A DNA stretch of 64,000 nucleotides from Fidelibacterota bacterium (GCA_016844955.1 JAERTH010000031.1:16087-80086), one strand, 5' to 3'; shown: positions 10,363 through 19,543, numbered from the stretch's first letter. Notes: generated from the sequence alone by a model not told the origin. Made by a program: numbers and translations.

Positions 10363-10851
10363 TCAGAGCAGAGCCAACAACTTCTTCTTCTGCTGCTTAT
10401 ACTCTTTTTCAGTAAGCAGTTGTCCGGTCTGCATCTGATACAGGGTTTGTATCTGGTCGGTTATTTCAGCGGTAGTTAATCCCTGAGCCTCTGGGTTGAC
10501 CGACATTCCAATTCGATTCAAGAGCGTTTTCTTGGCGCGTTCATACTCTTTCTCTGAAATCATGCCCTGATCCATCATTCTGTTTAACAGGACAATATCT
10601 TCAGCCACACTGTCGGCCGTAACCATTACCAGATTGGTAGGGTAAGTAGTAACTGTTTTTGTGGTCACCATTACGGGCGTATAGTAACGATAGTGCCCAT
10701 AGATGGAATAGTAGCTATGATGCCGGGGCGCATAATGTGTGTAATGAGGTTTATAGTAATGTCGCTTGTGAGGATTCTTGTGCTTACGCGGACCCGCCTG
10801 GAGAGTGGTTGCCAGTATGAGAATAAAAATGAGTGGTTTGTAAATTTTCAT
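10363..10851 (-). CDS. secreted SHOCT-domain protein with a His/Tyr/Lys-rich N-terminal segment
   Basis: Signal peptide. Low-complexity stretch RKHKNPHKRHYYKPHYTHYAPRHHSYYSIYGHYRYY. Two C-terminal SHOCT-like modules (GMISEKEYERAKKTLL and LLTEKEYKQQKKKLL). Confidence 0.55.
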   Translation of the reverse strand: MKIYKPLIFILILATTLQAGPRKHKNPHKRHYYKPHYTHYAPRHHSYYSIYGHYRYYTPVMVTTKTVTTYPTNLVMVTADSVAEDIVLLNRMMDQGMISEKEYERAKKTLLNRIGMSVNPEAQGLTTAEITDQIQTLYQMQTGQLLTEKEYKQQKKKLLALL

Positions 10852-10919
10852 GATACACCTCGGTTTATTTAGTCTCTTTGACGCTAAAAGTTCCTCAAGG
10901 GTTAAGGCAATCCGGGTTT

Positions 10920-11735
10920 TTATCCCTGACTATATCCTTTCAGGGCGATATGGGCTGCCCCCAAAGCACCCACGATCTGTGGGTTGTCGGGCACGTTCAC
11001 CGGGCGTCCAAGTTGCGCTTCAAGCAACAGAACCAGCCCTTTGTTATTGGCCACACCACCTGTCAGTGTGACTTCACCCTGAACACCAATACTGGTGACC
11101 ATGCTCCAGATGCGATTGACAATGGAACGCTGTAGTCCATTGACGATTTGCTCCCGTGGGGTGTGTTTTGCTAGGAGGGAGATGACTTCACTTTCAGCAA
11201 AAACGGTACAGGTGCTGCTGATTGGAGCTGTCTCACCCTCAAGATTTAAGGGATTACTTAATTCACCCAGATCAAGTTCAAGCCGGTCTGCCATGACCTC
11301 TAAAAAGCGACCAGTCCCGGCAGCACATTTATCATTCATGGTAAAATCCAGCATGCGCCCTCTGGCATCGATTTGGATGACTTTGCTATCCTGACCACCA
11401 ATATCAATGACAGTGCCCGTATTGGGGAAGAGTTGATGAGCCCCCACACCATGACAGCTAATTTCGGTCGTTTTTCCTGTAGCAAAGGCAACTGAAGCAC
11501 GACCATAGCCAGTAGCAGTTACTGCACTGATATCTCCCCGTGTCAATTCCGTTTCTGAGAGCGCTTCGTCGAAAGCGATTTCTGCAGCTTCAGCTCCATT
11601 CACACCAGTGGCGATTATGATCTCGGAGAGAACCTTCCCCTGATCATTCAATAGGACCAAATCCGTACTGAGAGAGCCAACATCTACACCAACAAATAAT
11701 CTAGGTGGCACTGACTTGATCCTCCAGGGTTTCAC
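10920..11735 (-). CDS. CoA-substrate-specific enzyme activase (BadF/BadG/BcrA/BcrD ATPase family; HgdC-like activator of 2-hydroxyacyl-CoA dehydratase)
   Basis: Acetate/sugar-kinase fold motifs: VGVDVGS, TGYGR, IDIGGQDSKVI, DKCAAGTGRFLE. Overlaps the upstream gene and lies in an operon with two dehydratase subunits. Confidence 0.8.
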   Translation of the reverse strand: MKPWRIKSVPPRLFVGVDVGSLSTDLVLLNDQGKVLSEIIIATGVNGAEAAEIAFDEALSETELTRGDISAVTATGYGRASVAFATGKTTEISCHGVGAHQLFPNTGTVIDIGGQDSKVIQIDARGRMLDFTMNDKCAAGTGRFLEVMADRLELDLGELSNPLNLEGETAPISSTCTVFAESEVISLLAKHTPREQIVNGLQRSIVNRIWSMVTSIGVQGEVTLTGGVANNKGLVLLLEAQLGRPVNVPDNPQIVGALGAAHIALKGYSQG

Positions 11736-13026
11736 AAAAAGCTTCCAGTCGTGTTTGAATCTGTTGCTCCGACCAGACCCGTTCGTCAGCTATATCGGCA
11801 TCCAGAATAACAGCTGGCAGGTCAAGCTCGGTGTTTAAGGCTTTGCGTAAATCAAATTGGCCAACCGAATAAGGCTTGCAGCTCCTGGTCGAATGCATAA
11901 CCATTCCGTGTACGCCATAGTCATTGATCATGGATTTCATCAGATCAAGTCGGTGCTTCAAATTGTTGTTCAGGATAATCTGTCCATATGTTTTCGCCAT
12001 GGAATTCCAGGGGTCCTTTACATCCAGATACCCCGTAGTTTCAGCCCAGGCATTGGTGTAGGTCGCCGAGACAAAATTCATTTTACGTTCAGCAAAGAAG
12101 GTGGCGAGATAGCGGACTTTGTACCAGATCGCAATATTATCCCAGATCAGACGATAGCGCTCCTCTGTGATGGCACCAATGCCTCTGGCTACACGATCCT
12201 GCACCTCTTCCAACAGGATATGATAGTAGTCCTCGGCCACGGGCAACCCTCTTAACGATACAATGGGCGCAAGGTGACCAAAGGCATCGAAAATGGTCAT
12301 GGGTGCTGGTTTGGCCTGCATCTCTTTTAAAATGGTGCCCCAGGTTTGCGAACTTTCCATGGATCGCTTGAGAATGACTTCCAGATCATCGAGATAAAAG
12401 ATTTTGCCAGATATGCGCTCCAAAACGGGTATCATATCCTGTAGCTGCTGGGCCATATACCTCACATCAGCTTCGGTCTGCTGGGTCGTTACAAAGGGTG
12501 CATCAAAATGAATCAGGGGAATGTCCAATTCATGGGCGATGGCTTTGTACCAATACAATACGGTCTGACAAATGTTGTTGGAACAGAATAAAAGGTCCGG
12601 TTTGGGTAATTTTCCAGCAGGGGTCTTACCGGACAGCATATGTCCTAGATCAATACGGGCATAGGAGCAAAGATCCTGACTGAAACCATCGCTTTCGGCG
12701 ATACCGCAATAATCAGCACCCTGCTTTTTCGCACCTACCAGGGCGGAATGATTTTCAGGATAGATTGTGTAAAAATCAAAGGCACGCAAAAGTTCAACAG
12801 GAGCACCACTGGTGACCCAGGCGACTTTTTTAACACCGGGTACATAGCGGGAGAGGAAATAGTGCCGAGTGAGAATCTCTTTGAGCCGCTGGTTGGCTTT
12901 CAGAGGGGGTCCAAATGCTTCGGGGATGGGGCGGGGTTTACGCTTTTTAAAGTTTTGAAAGGTCAGGAGTGCTGGAGCCCCATAGTCTTTCATAAATTTG
13001 AACTTCAAGCTTTTGGCAAGACTCAT
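11701..13026 (-). CDS. 2-hydroxyacyl-CoA dehydratase / benzoyl-CoA reductase family subunit (HgdA/HgdB/BcrC/BadD-like)
   Basis: About 440 aa, Cys-containing, with family-typical architecture. It has 4-nt overlaps with both neighbours and is immediately followed by the activase. Confidence 0.7.
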   Translation of the reverse strand: MSLAKSLKFKFMKDYGAPALLTFQNFKKRKPRPIPEAFGPPLKANQRLKEILTRHYFLSRYVPGVKKVAWVTSGAPVELLRAFDFYTIYPENHSALVGAKKQGADYCGIAESDGFSQDLCSYARIDLGHMLSGKTPAGKLPKPDLLFCSNNICQTVLYWYKAIAHELDIPLIHFDAPFVTTQQTEADVRYMAQQLQDMIPVLERISGKIFYLDDLEVILKRSMESSQTWGTILKEMQAKPAPMTIFDAFGHLAPIVSLRGLPVAEDYYHILLEEVQDRVARGIGAITEERYRLIWDNIAIWYKVRYLATFFAERKMNFVSATYTNAWAETTGYLDVKDPWNSMAKTYGQIILNNNLKHRLDLMKSMINDYGVHGMVMHSTRSCKPYSVGQFDLRKALNTELDLPAVILDADIADERVWSEQQIQTRLEAFCETLEDQVSAT

Positions 13027-14132
13027 GAGACCATCCTATCTCGCAACAACTCACCCAAAGCCTCTATTCGGGTTTTGTCCTGACCCGACAGCCCTCCCTG
13101 GAGTTCGGTATCCATGCTCAGAACAGGAATTCCCGTATCCTTAAGTGCCTTTACCATAAGATGATGATCAAACAACTCGGGTTCACAGAATTTTACGATA
13201 TTGAAGAGTACTCCCTGGGCCTGGCTATTGCCAATACGTTTGTTAAGGTAACGGAAGCGTTCATCCAGAGAGCCAGCTTTGGTTGAACACGGAGGCAGCA
13301 GAAAGAAGCGTTCTGTGAGATATTCCATGGGATCCTGGGGTGGATCCAGCTTGATTCTTGGAATCCGGCGACTACCTGCCAGAAGATCATCGGCAACCAG
13401 GGAGAGGTGCAGATCATCAAAATACTCCAACATGTCAGGGTGAGGAGGTAGAATACCTGAAACCATTATTCTGGCCTTGTCATTTGGGATGGGTTCATCG
13501 GGGATACTAATTGCATCAAGCAGCTTCAGGTAGTCTTCGGGCTGCAGATACTCCCCAGCACGGATGAGTTGAAAATACTCCGAATTGGAAAGGGGTAAAC
13601 GATCAGTCATGCGGGCGTTCTGCAACTCCAGCCGGCGCGAATCAATTTTGTGACCCAATTTACATGCAGTGCTCAGTTTTTTCCGGTCTAACGATCCATG
13701 TTGTTGTTCAAGAATGGTCTGAAAATCACCAAGTATATCAGTATAATATTGACGGGTCGTGCGATTGAATTCACCTTTGGGATTATAAAAAGAATAGACG
13801 GGTACGGGAACGCCAATAAGGTCTTTAACCTGGGTCGCCAGGTTTTGAAGCGAATCACAGGTATGGGGGAACAAGTAGCCGGCGTTGATAATATCCGGTT
13901 CTTTAAGAATAAATTCAAGGCTGCGTTTTACCACAGGGCAAATAGTGGCCTGCAGATGCGCATTGGCGTGGAGGATATCACCCGGTGGGTCCCAGATTTC
14001 AGCAGGCAGGATGTCAAACGCCCAGAGCATTTCCCGGGGATAGAGTGCAGGCAGTACCCCCATAATCTGCTGACCGGATTGGGATTGTTGTTGGAGATAT
14101 TCTTTACGATTCGGAATGTTCATCATATTCAA
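13023..14132 (-). CDS. 2-hydroxyacyl-CoA dehydratase family subunit (second component)
   Basis: Paralogous in architecture to the downstream subunit and first gene of a three-gene operon. Assigned by context and family resemblance. Confidence 0.6.
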   Translation of the reverse strand: MNMMNIPNRKEYLQQQSQSGQQIMGVLPALYPREMLWAFDILPAEIWDPPGDILHANAHLQATICPVVKRSLEFILKEPDIINAGYLFPHTCDSLQNLATQVKDLIGVPVPVYSFYNPKGEFNRTTRQYYTDILGDFQTILEQQHGSLDRKKLSTACKLGHKIDSRRLELQNARMTDRLPLSNSEYFQLIRAGEYLQPEDYLKLLDAISIPDEPIPNDKARIMVSGILPPHPDMLEYFDDLHLSLVADDLLAGSRRIPRIKLDPPQDPMEYLTERFFLLPPCSTKAGSLDERFRYLNKRIGNSQAQGVLFNIVKFCEPELFDHHLMVKALKDTGIPVLSMDTELQGGLSGQDKTRIEALGELLRDRMVS

Positions 14133-14148
14133 TAATATACCCTATGGA

Positions 14149-14420
14149 GTCATTCTGAACGATAGTGAAGAATCTTGATCCTAAACCGTACTTTTACATC
14201 CTCGATAGATCACGATTGGGATCAAGATCCTTCCCCTTCGGCAAGCTCCGGGTCAGGATGACATGTGCTCCGCGTGGTGTTTTACTGTATCAAAATCATC
14301 TATCATCATACATATATGTCATTCTGAACGATAGAGAAGAATCTTGGTCCATTACCGTGATTTTTCTTTTTCTATGGATCTCGACTTGGATCAAGATCCT
14401 TCGTTTCTCTCAGGATGACG
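14149..14420. repeat. two tandem copies of a ~125-bp hairpin-forming element (type-1 repeat); each is L-arm GTCATTCTGAACGATAG(T/A)GAAGAATCTTG(A/G)TCC ... R-arm GGATCAAGATCCTTC-N-TCAGGATGAC
   Basis: Read directly. The arms are mutual reverse complements with 1-2 mismatches. Related arms recur at 18163-18509, 19544-19575, 33247-33287 and 57917-57991. Confidence 0.8.
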
Positions 14421-14448
14421 AATGCTGTGCGAGACCGAGTAGGGAGGC

Positions 14449-15834
14449 TTATTTCCTGAATTTCCGAACAAAGCCCTCTACTTCAGGGACTCCACCCTGA
14501 TATACAAGATAACCATTATAGGGTTCACGTTCAGTAATATCATCATTGATAGGGGTGAGCATTATTTTTTTTATTTCCTCAGGATCCTCGGTTTGACCCA
14601 GTGTCCACCCCAGTTTGACCCAGGCAACTTCAGGCAGCATATTTCCCAGGGGGACAACCCCTAATGCCATCATATCTCGACCCGTATCATACACAAACAT
14701 GTGAGCATAGCCCCATATAGTTTGCAGGGTCATAAAAACAGATACACCCTTGTCTCTAGCTCGCTCCAAAGCCGGGTATAATTCCTTATTCACATGTCCC
14801 AGGCCTGTACCCACAATGATGATACCCTTGTAGCCAGTATCCACCAGGGTATCTATGATATCCCCTTGCATATGCGGGTAGTAGTAAAGCATGGTTACCT
14901 TCTCATTAAAGGTGGGGATAATTTTGGCCGCCCTATCCTTCCGACGGTGTTTGTACTGTTGTTTGATAATACCCAGTCCTTCTCGCGTGACCGTTGCTGC
15001 AGGTGTGTCACCAATGGTCCTGAAGGTTGAGCGATAAGAGCTATGCATCTTTCGCACACGGGTTCCTCGATGCAGAAAACCGTATTCATCAGAGGTCGGT
15101 CCAAACATGCATACCAGCGTCTCTGCAATATCGCCGTGTCCGGCAGCGTAAGAGGCATGAATCAAATTGAGGGCAGCGTCTGAAGAAGGTCTGTCAGAGG
15201 ATCTCTGTGATCCAACCAGGATGATTGGAATGGGTGAATCCTGGACCATATAGGATAAGGCGGCAGCCGTGTGGTGCAGGGTGTCAGTGCCATGGCCGAT
15301 TACGATTCCATCGGCTCCATTGGCAATTTCTTTTCCAATACTCTTGGCCAGAATCTTGTATTGATCCGGTCCCATATTTTCGCTGAATACGGCGAACAGC
15401 TTTTCGGTGTCAATATTGCAAATATCGGCCAATTCAGGAACAGCACCATACAACTCTCCAGGAGAGAATGCAGGGATGACAGCTCCAGTGCGATAGTCCA
15501 GTCGTGAGGCGATGGTTCCACCTGTTCCAAATAGTTTTACATTGGGCTTATCGTCTGAGTAGGGGAATTCCTTCTCAGGGATTTTATAGTTGGCCTTCTG
15601 ATACCCTGTTTCCACCATTTTTTTGATGGTGACGATATCAATTCCGATGTTGTACCCGGTTGCAATTTTCAAAACGATGTGTTGATCATCATCATTTTCT
15701 GAACGGGGGAGAACGGTGCCGTCAAAGGTTCCGCGGGTGGTGTGAATTTCTGCCTGTCCCCAAACACGAACACTGAAGCGCTTCAATATCTCTAAAGCTT
15801 CACCTATATAGCCTTGAAAAATGTCATCACTCAT
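14449..15834 (-). CDS. gatD: Glu-tRNA(Gln) amidotransferase subunit D (archaeal-type, asparaginase-like)
   Basis: GatD-specific N-terminal domain (IVLKIATGYNIGIDI) followed by an L-asparaginase core (GTGGTIAS, HGTDTLHHTAAAL). 8-nt overlap with the upstream GatE-like gene. Confidence 0.75.
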   Translation of the reverse strand: MSDDIFQGYIGEALEILKRFSVRVWGQAEIHTTRGTFDGTVLPRSENDDDQHIVLKIATGYNIGIDIVTIKKMVETGYQKANYKIPEKEFPYSDDKPNVKLFGTGGTIASRLDYRTGAVIPAFSPGELYGAVPELADICNIDTEKLFAVFSENMGPDQYKILAKSIGKEIANGADGIVIGHGTDTLHHTAAALSYMVQDSPIPIILVGSQRSSDRPSSDAALNLIHASYAAGHGDIAETLVCMFGPTSDEYGFLHRGTRVRKMHSSYRSTFRTIGDTPAATVTREGLGIIKQQYKHRRKDRAAKIIPTFNEKVTMLYYYPHMQGDIIDTLVDTGYKGIIIVGTGLGHVNKELYPALERARDKGVSVFMTLQTIWGYAHMFVYDTGRDMMALGVVPLGNMLPEVAWVKLGWTLGQTEDPEEIKKIMLTPINDDITEREPYNGYLVYQGGVPEVEGFVRKFRK

Positions 15835-17830
15835 GAGACTGGTTCTCTTGTTTGACTTTACGTTGAATGTCGGTAGACAGCTCGGCGAGTTTCACATTTC
15901 CAAGCGCTTGAGAATGTATTTGCCCCATAAGCCAGTTAATGGCTGAAATGTCATCTGGTTCGCTGGTGTGTTCACGAAACTTCTCGTATAGAAATTCTAC
16001 GGGAGCCATTATTTCAGCCTTGCTGCGCTTTCTGAAGTGAATGGAGGTTAATACTGAGCTGAATTGCATATCCGGAAATTCATAGATCACGGGCATCATG
16101 AATTTTGCAATACCGGGAACCAGCTCACGCTCCTTAATATAACGAAAGAGACGATAAATTTTGGTGAGGGAGAAGTTTTTGTGTCGCTCCCTTTTGCCTT
16201 CAATATTCTTGAATGTGTGTCCCAAGAATGAACCTATGAATTTATGCGTATAACCAAAATCATCACAAATACTCTCAATGAGTGGTATCATGTTTTTGCT
16301 CAGAAGATATTTCCAGGTGTCTTCCGGGATGCCCCAGCCCTTCATTTGCTTGAAACGCTCGGCAATATCCATGGGCAAATTTTTTCCAAGACTGTCAATG
16401 AATTCAACTGAGAGGGGGATGGGTGCGGAGTCGGTATCTGGATACATGCGATCACTCCCGGGGAGTACGCGTTCAAAAATGGTGGTACCATCCGCAAAAG
16501 ACTTCCGGGTTTCTTCAGGAACACCAATAAAAGCCATGAGGAGTCGTTCCTCAATGGTTTCAAGGGCTGTGGGGATGTCATTTTCAGGTCCCCAGAGGAT
16601 GATCTGGGCATCCTTTTTCCCAGCTTTCAGCCATTTGGTGATACGTGTGAAATCGTCTTCACTGAGCAGGGGATTCAAATCCTCAGAATGGGTCATGTTG
16701 GGGCGTTCGATACAGGCGATTACCTTTAAACGATGGATGAGTTCATGGGCAAAGGTATGACCGGGTTGCATAAAGTGAGACATGAGTCCATTAAATTTTG
16801 GAATGTTTATGGCGACGATTTTCAAGCCTTGATCGAGTTTTTCCCGCAATTGAGGAGCCAATAATTCAGGCATTGAGAAATCGATTTCCCTATGGCTGAT
16901 TTTCCAATTATTCGCCTGTAAACCACGATCCTTTATCAGTTTTCGGATGTTTAGCAGAGCCCATTGCCTGAAGGCCTCATTGTGGGAGAGCTCAGGAATC
17001 CACTTATTGTGAGCGACACCCTTTATCTCTACTCGACTACCTCTGGCACAACTGACATTTACATCCTCGCGCCCTGCTCCCATTCCAGTACGAACCTTAC
17101 CCGTGGAGCGATTTAGGAAACGGATATACTCAGCCGCCTCAGCCAGCTCATCTGGAGTTTCCATGTCGGGGTGCGTCACTGTTTCGATGAGGGGCATACC
17201 CAGACGATCGGTTTTGTAGATTCTTTCATGACCGATATCAGAAATTTCGCGACAGGAATCTTCTTCGATACTGAGCTGGATTAAGCGCACCTTCTTTTTC
17301 TTAAGTTGAAGCTCGCCCTCAACACCCAGAATGGCAGTTCGCTGAAACCCTGTTGGGATGCTGCCATCGAGATACTGTTTACGGGTGATATGCACTTCAC
17401 CCACAATGTTCAATTTGGATAGCAGAGAAATCTCGATGGCAATCTTGAGTGCTTCCTCGTCAATGTGGAAAGGGGGGGTATCATCAACCTCATAGGTGCA
17501 GGCGCTGTGATTGTTGAGGCGATAAGTGATGTTCTTGCGGGTTTTGAATTCCATGAGGGCGGTGCCATCATATTCACCAAGCTCACTGAGGGTTGGGCGC
17601 ATGTGGCGGATTACTTCTGCATCAAATTCATCGTCGGCATGATAGATACCAGCTGGACAGCGACAAAACAGCTTGCTCTTGGTTTTTAGCTGTTGATGAA
17701 CCTCAAGCCCGGATTTAAACCCAATTCTTTTATAGTCCCTGGCTTTCGCTTTTTGACGAGGGACATACCCGATGGCCTTTTTAGTTGCCTCATAATTTTT
17801 GACTGCTTCGGTCTGCTTCATGATCACCAA
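15827..17830 (-). CDS. gatE: Glu-tRNA(Gln) amidotransferase subunit E (archaeal-type)
   Basis: 667 aa, too long for GatB. N-terminal GLEVHQQLKTKSKLFCRCP and MRPTLSELGEYDG, then LDGSIPTGFQRT and DRLGMPLIETVTHPD. These are GatE signatures that include the inserted AspRS-like domain. Confidence 0.75.
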   Translation of the reverse strand: MVIMKQTEAVKNYEATKKAIGYVPRQKAKARDYKRIGFKSGLEVHQQLKTKSKLFCRCPAGIYHADDEFDAEVIRHMRPTLSELGEYDGTALMEFKTRKNITYRLNNHSACTYEVDDTPPFHIDEEALKIAIEISLLSKLNIVGEVHITRKQYLDGSIPTGFQRTAILGVEGELQLKKKKVRLIQLSIEEDSCREISDIGHERIYKTDRLGMPLIETVTHPDMETPDELAEAAEYIRFLNRSTGKVRTGMGAGREDVNVSCARGSRVEIKGVAHNKWIPELSHNEAFRQWALLNIRKLIKDRGLQANNWKISHREIDFSMPELLAPQLREKLDQGLKIVAINIPKFNGLMSHFMQPGHTFAHELIHRLKVIACIERPNMTHSEDLNPLLSEDDFTRITKWLKAGKKDAQIILWGPENDIPTALETIEERLLMAFIGVPEETRKSFADGTTIFERVLPGSDRMYPDTDSAPIPLSVEFIDSLGKNLPMDIAERFKQMKGWGIPEDTWKYLLSKNMIPLIESICDDFGYTHKFIGSFLGHTFKNIEGKRERHKNFSLTKIYRLFRYIKERELVPGIAKFMMPVIYEFPDMQFSSVLTSIHFRKRSKAEIMAPVEFLYEKFREHTSEPDDISAINWLMGQIHSQALGNVKLAELSTDIQRKVKQENQSHE

Positions 17831-17974
17831 TTCATATTTCTGTCTATCAAATTTTTCTGGTTCGTACTGTGTTAGTCAAGCATGGATAATGCCAGTTTCA
17901 GCAATTCGGTAAGAGAAACAAGATAAGGGCTGTGGTGGGCAGTGCAAATTTTATAGAAACTAGAAACTTGGATT

Positions 17975-18510
17975 TCTTGTTCAACGGCTTTAGCCCGTCT
18001 TTGCGAGGAGGGACGACGCGGCAATCTCTCTTTTGCATATGGAAACGACTTTCGCAAATGAATCGAATACACGAGAACTGAGAGTTTTGTTTAACAACGA
18101 ATTGTACGAAACTTACGAATCTGAAAATTGGTTGATCTTCGTTTATGCAAATGTTGCCGTACGTCATCCTGCCTGCCTGGTCGAAGCTCAACGAGCGTAG
18201 ACTGGAGCTCCTCGAAGGCTCTTGATCCTGATTATAAACTCTCAGCCTACGCCGAGTAGCGTCATCATTAGCACTTCTCGCAAAACAGTAGAGGAAGACA
18301 GGTAGGACTTTACAACGAACTGTACGAAACATACGAATATGATTGTTGTCTAATCTTGGAGTATACTAATACTCAAGATCGTCATACTGAGCTCTGCCTG
18401 CCAGGTCGTAGCCGTGAGGCGTAGACTGGTCGAAGGATCTTGGCCCTGGCCTAGCAGAATAGTGGTTACGTAGATTTGGATCGAGATTCTTCGGTTCCCT
18501 CAGAATGACC
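17975..18510. repeat. repeat-only intergenic block containing the type-2 core CCCGTCTTTGCGAGGAGGGACGACGCGGCAATCTCTCTTTTG, two 218-bp-spaced copies of a CGAAT-rich segment, two long type-1 L-arms and one R-arm
   Basis: Read directly. ACAACGAA(T/C)TGTACGAAAC(T/A)TACGAAT occurs at 18095 and 18313. GTCAT(C/A)CTG...CGAAGG(C/A)TCTTG occurs at 18163 and 18381. GGATCGAGATTCTTCGG...CTCAGAATGAC is at 18478. Confidence 0.8.
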
Positions 18511-18692
18511 AATCCCAACCGCACTGCTCATGACTGGCGCGATTGAAATATGGTTACTAGTTGCTGACACTTATTTGATTATAACAATTATACTTCAGGG
18601 CATATAATGTTATGCTTGAATGGCAAAAACATTATTCTGTTTGATTAATGGCTGTGGTTTACCGGGATGATACAATTCAGGAGTTTTCACGG

Positions 18693-19511
18693 ATGAAAAA
18701 CACTTTACTTAAACTGACAATCATTGCCCTGGCACTGGTTGGGTCAGTAGCGACTCAGAGTCTGGACACAACGATGACCATGGATTTTCAAGTCACCACC
18801 ACTTCACCAGGTGGCAACTATTCCCCAAGAAATGTTGGGGCGATCTGGGTGGAAGATGCCTCCGGTTCCTTTGTAAAAACCCTGAAATTATGGGCTGATC
18901 GACGGAAGCGCTATTTGTATACCTGGAACGATCACACTGGTGGGAATACCATTGATGGCGTAACTGGCGCAACCTACACCAGTCACAGTACTCGAACCGC
19001 GGCATGGGATTTCACAGATACATCAGGAGATACGGTACCAGTCGGGGATTATACCCTCTGGTTGGAACTGACTGATGAACATGCACAGGGACCCCTTTAT
19101 TCGTTTAGTTTTCCATTCATGGGTGTCACTGAGACCATTACACCACCGGATCAGAGTAATTTTAGAAATATGCAACTCAGCTATGACCTTACAATTGTTG
19201 TGGGAGCGGATCCACATGATTATACGCTTCCACAGCAGCATAAACTCATGTTGAATTACCCCAACCCATTTAACCCTAATACCAACATCCCCTATAGTCT
19301 GGGGCGGGTGACACATGTTTCCCTGGCCGTTTATGATCTACAGGGACGCCTCATTCGACAATTGGTAAACAGCGAGCAAAGTGCTGGCAGTTATAAGATT
19401 GAATGGGATGGTCTCGACAGTGCCCAGCGATCAGTGAGCGCTGGTGTATATCTTTGTGTTTTACAGACGGGTGACCAAATCCAAACACATAAAATGGTGA
19501 ATCTCAAATAG
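18693..19511 (+). CDS. secreted hypothetical protein with T9SS C-terminal sorting domain
   Basis: Start placed at MKNTLLKLTIIALALVG (signal peptide). C-terminal NYPNPFNPNTNI...GVYLCVLQ. Confidence 0.65.
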   Translation: MKNTLLKLTIIALALVGSVATQSLDTTMTMDFQVTTTSPGGNYSPRNVGAIWVEDASGSFVKTLKLWADRRKRYLYTWNDHTGGNTIDGVTGATYTSHSTRTAAWDFTDTSGDTVPVGDYTLWLELTDEHAQGPLYSFSFPFMGVTETITPPDQSNFRNMQLSYDLTIVVGADPHDYTLPQQHKLMLNYPNPFNPNTNIPYSLGRVTHVSLAVYDLQGRLIRQLVNSEQSAGSYKIEWDGLDSAQRSVSAGVYLCVLQTGDQIQTHKMVNLK

Positions 19512-19543
19512 GAGCTGGTTCAGTACGGCCTTACTTGCAGACG

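Noticed and set aside
15827-17830. Calling the 667-aa amidotransferase GatB (bacterial)
   Set aside because: The length is about 180 aa longer than GatB. GatE-specific blocks are present (MRPTLSELGEYDG, LDGSIPTGFQRT, DRLGMPLIE). The downstream partner has the GatD-specific N-domain and is not a GatA amidase.
17872-18332. ORFs 17872..18072 and 17898..18332 (minus strand), and 53211..53429 (minus strand), which share the peptide KERLPRRPSSQRR(A/V)K
   Set aside because: The shared peptide comes from a 42-nt DNA repeat that is 100% identical even at synonymous positions, with non-coding flanks also repeated. There is no RBS, no start context and no signal of protein-level selection. These were treated as non-coding repeats.
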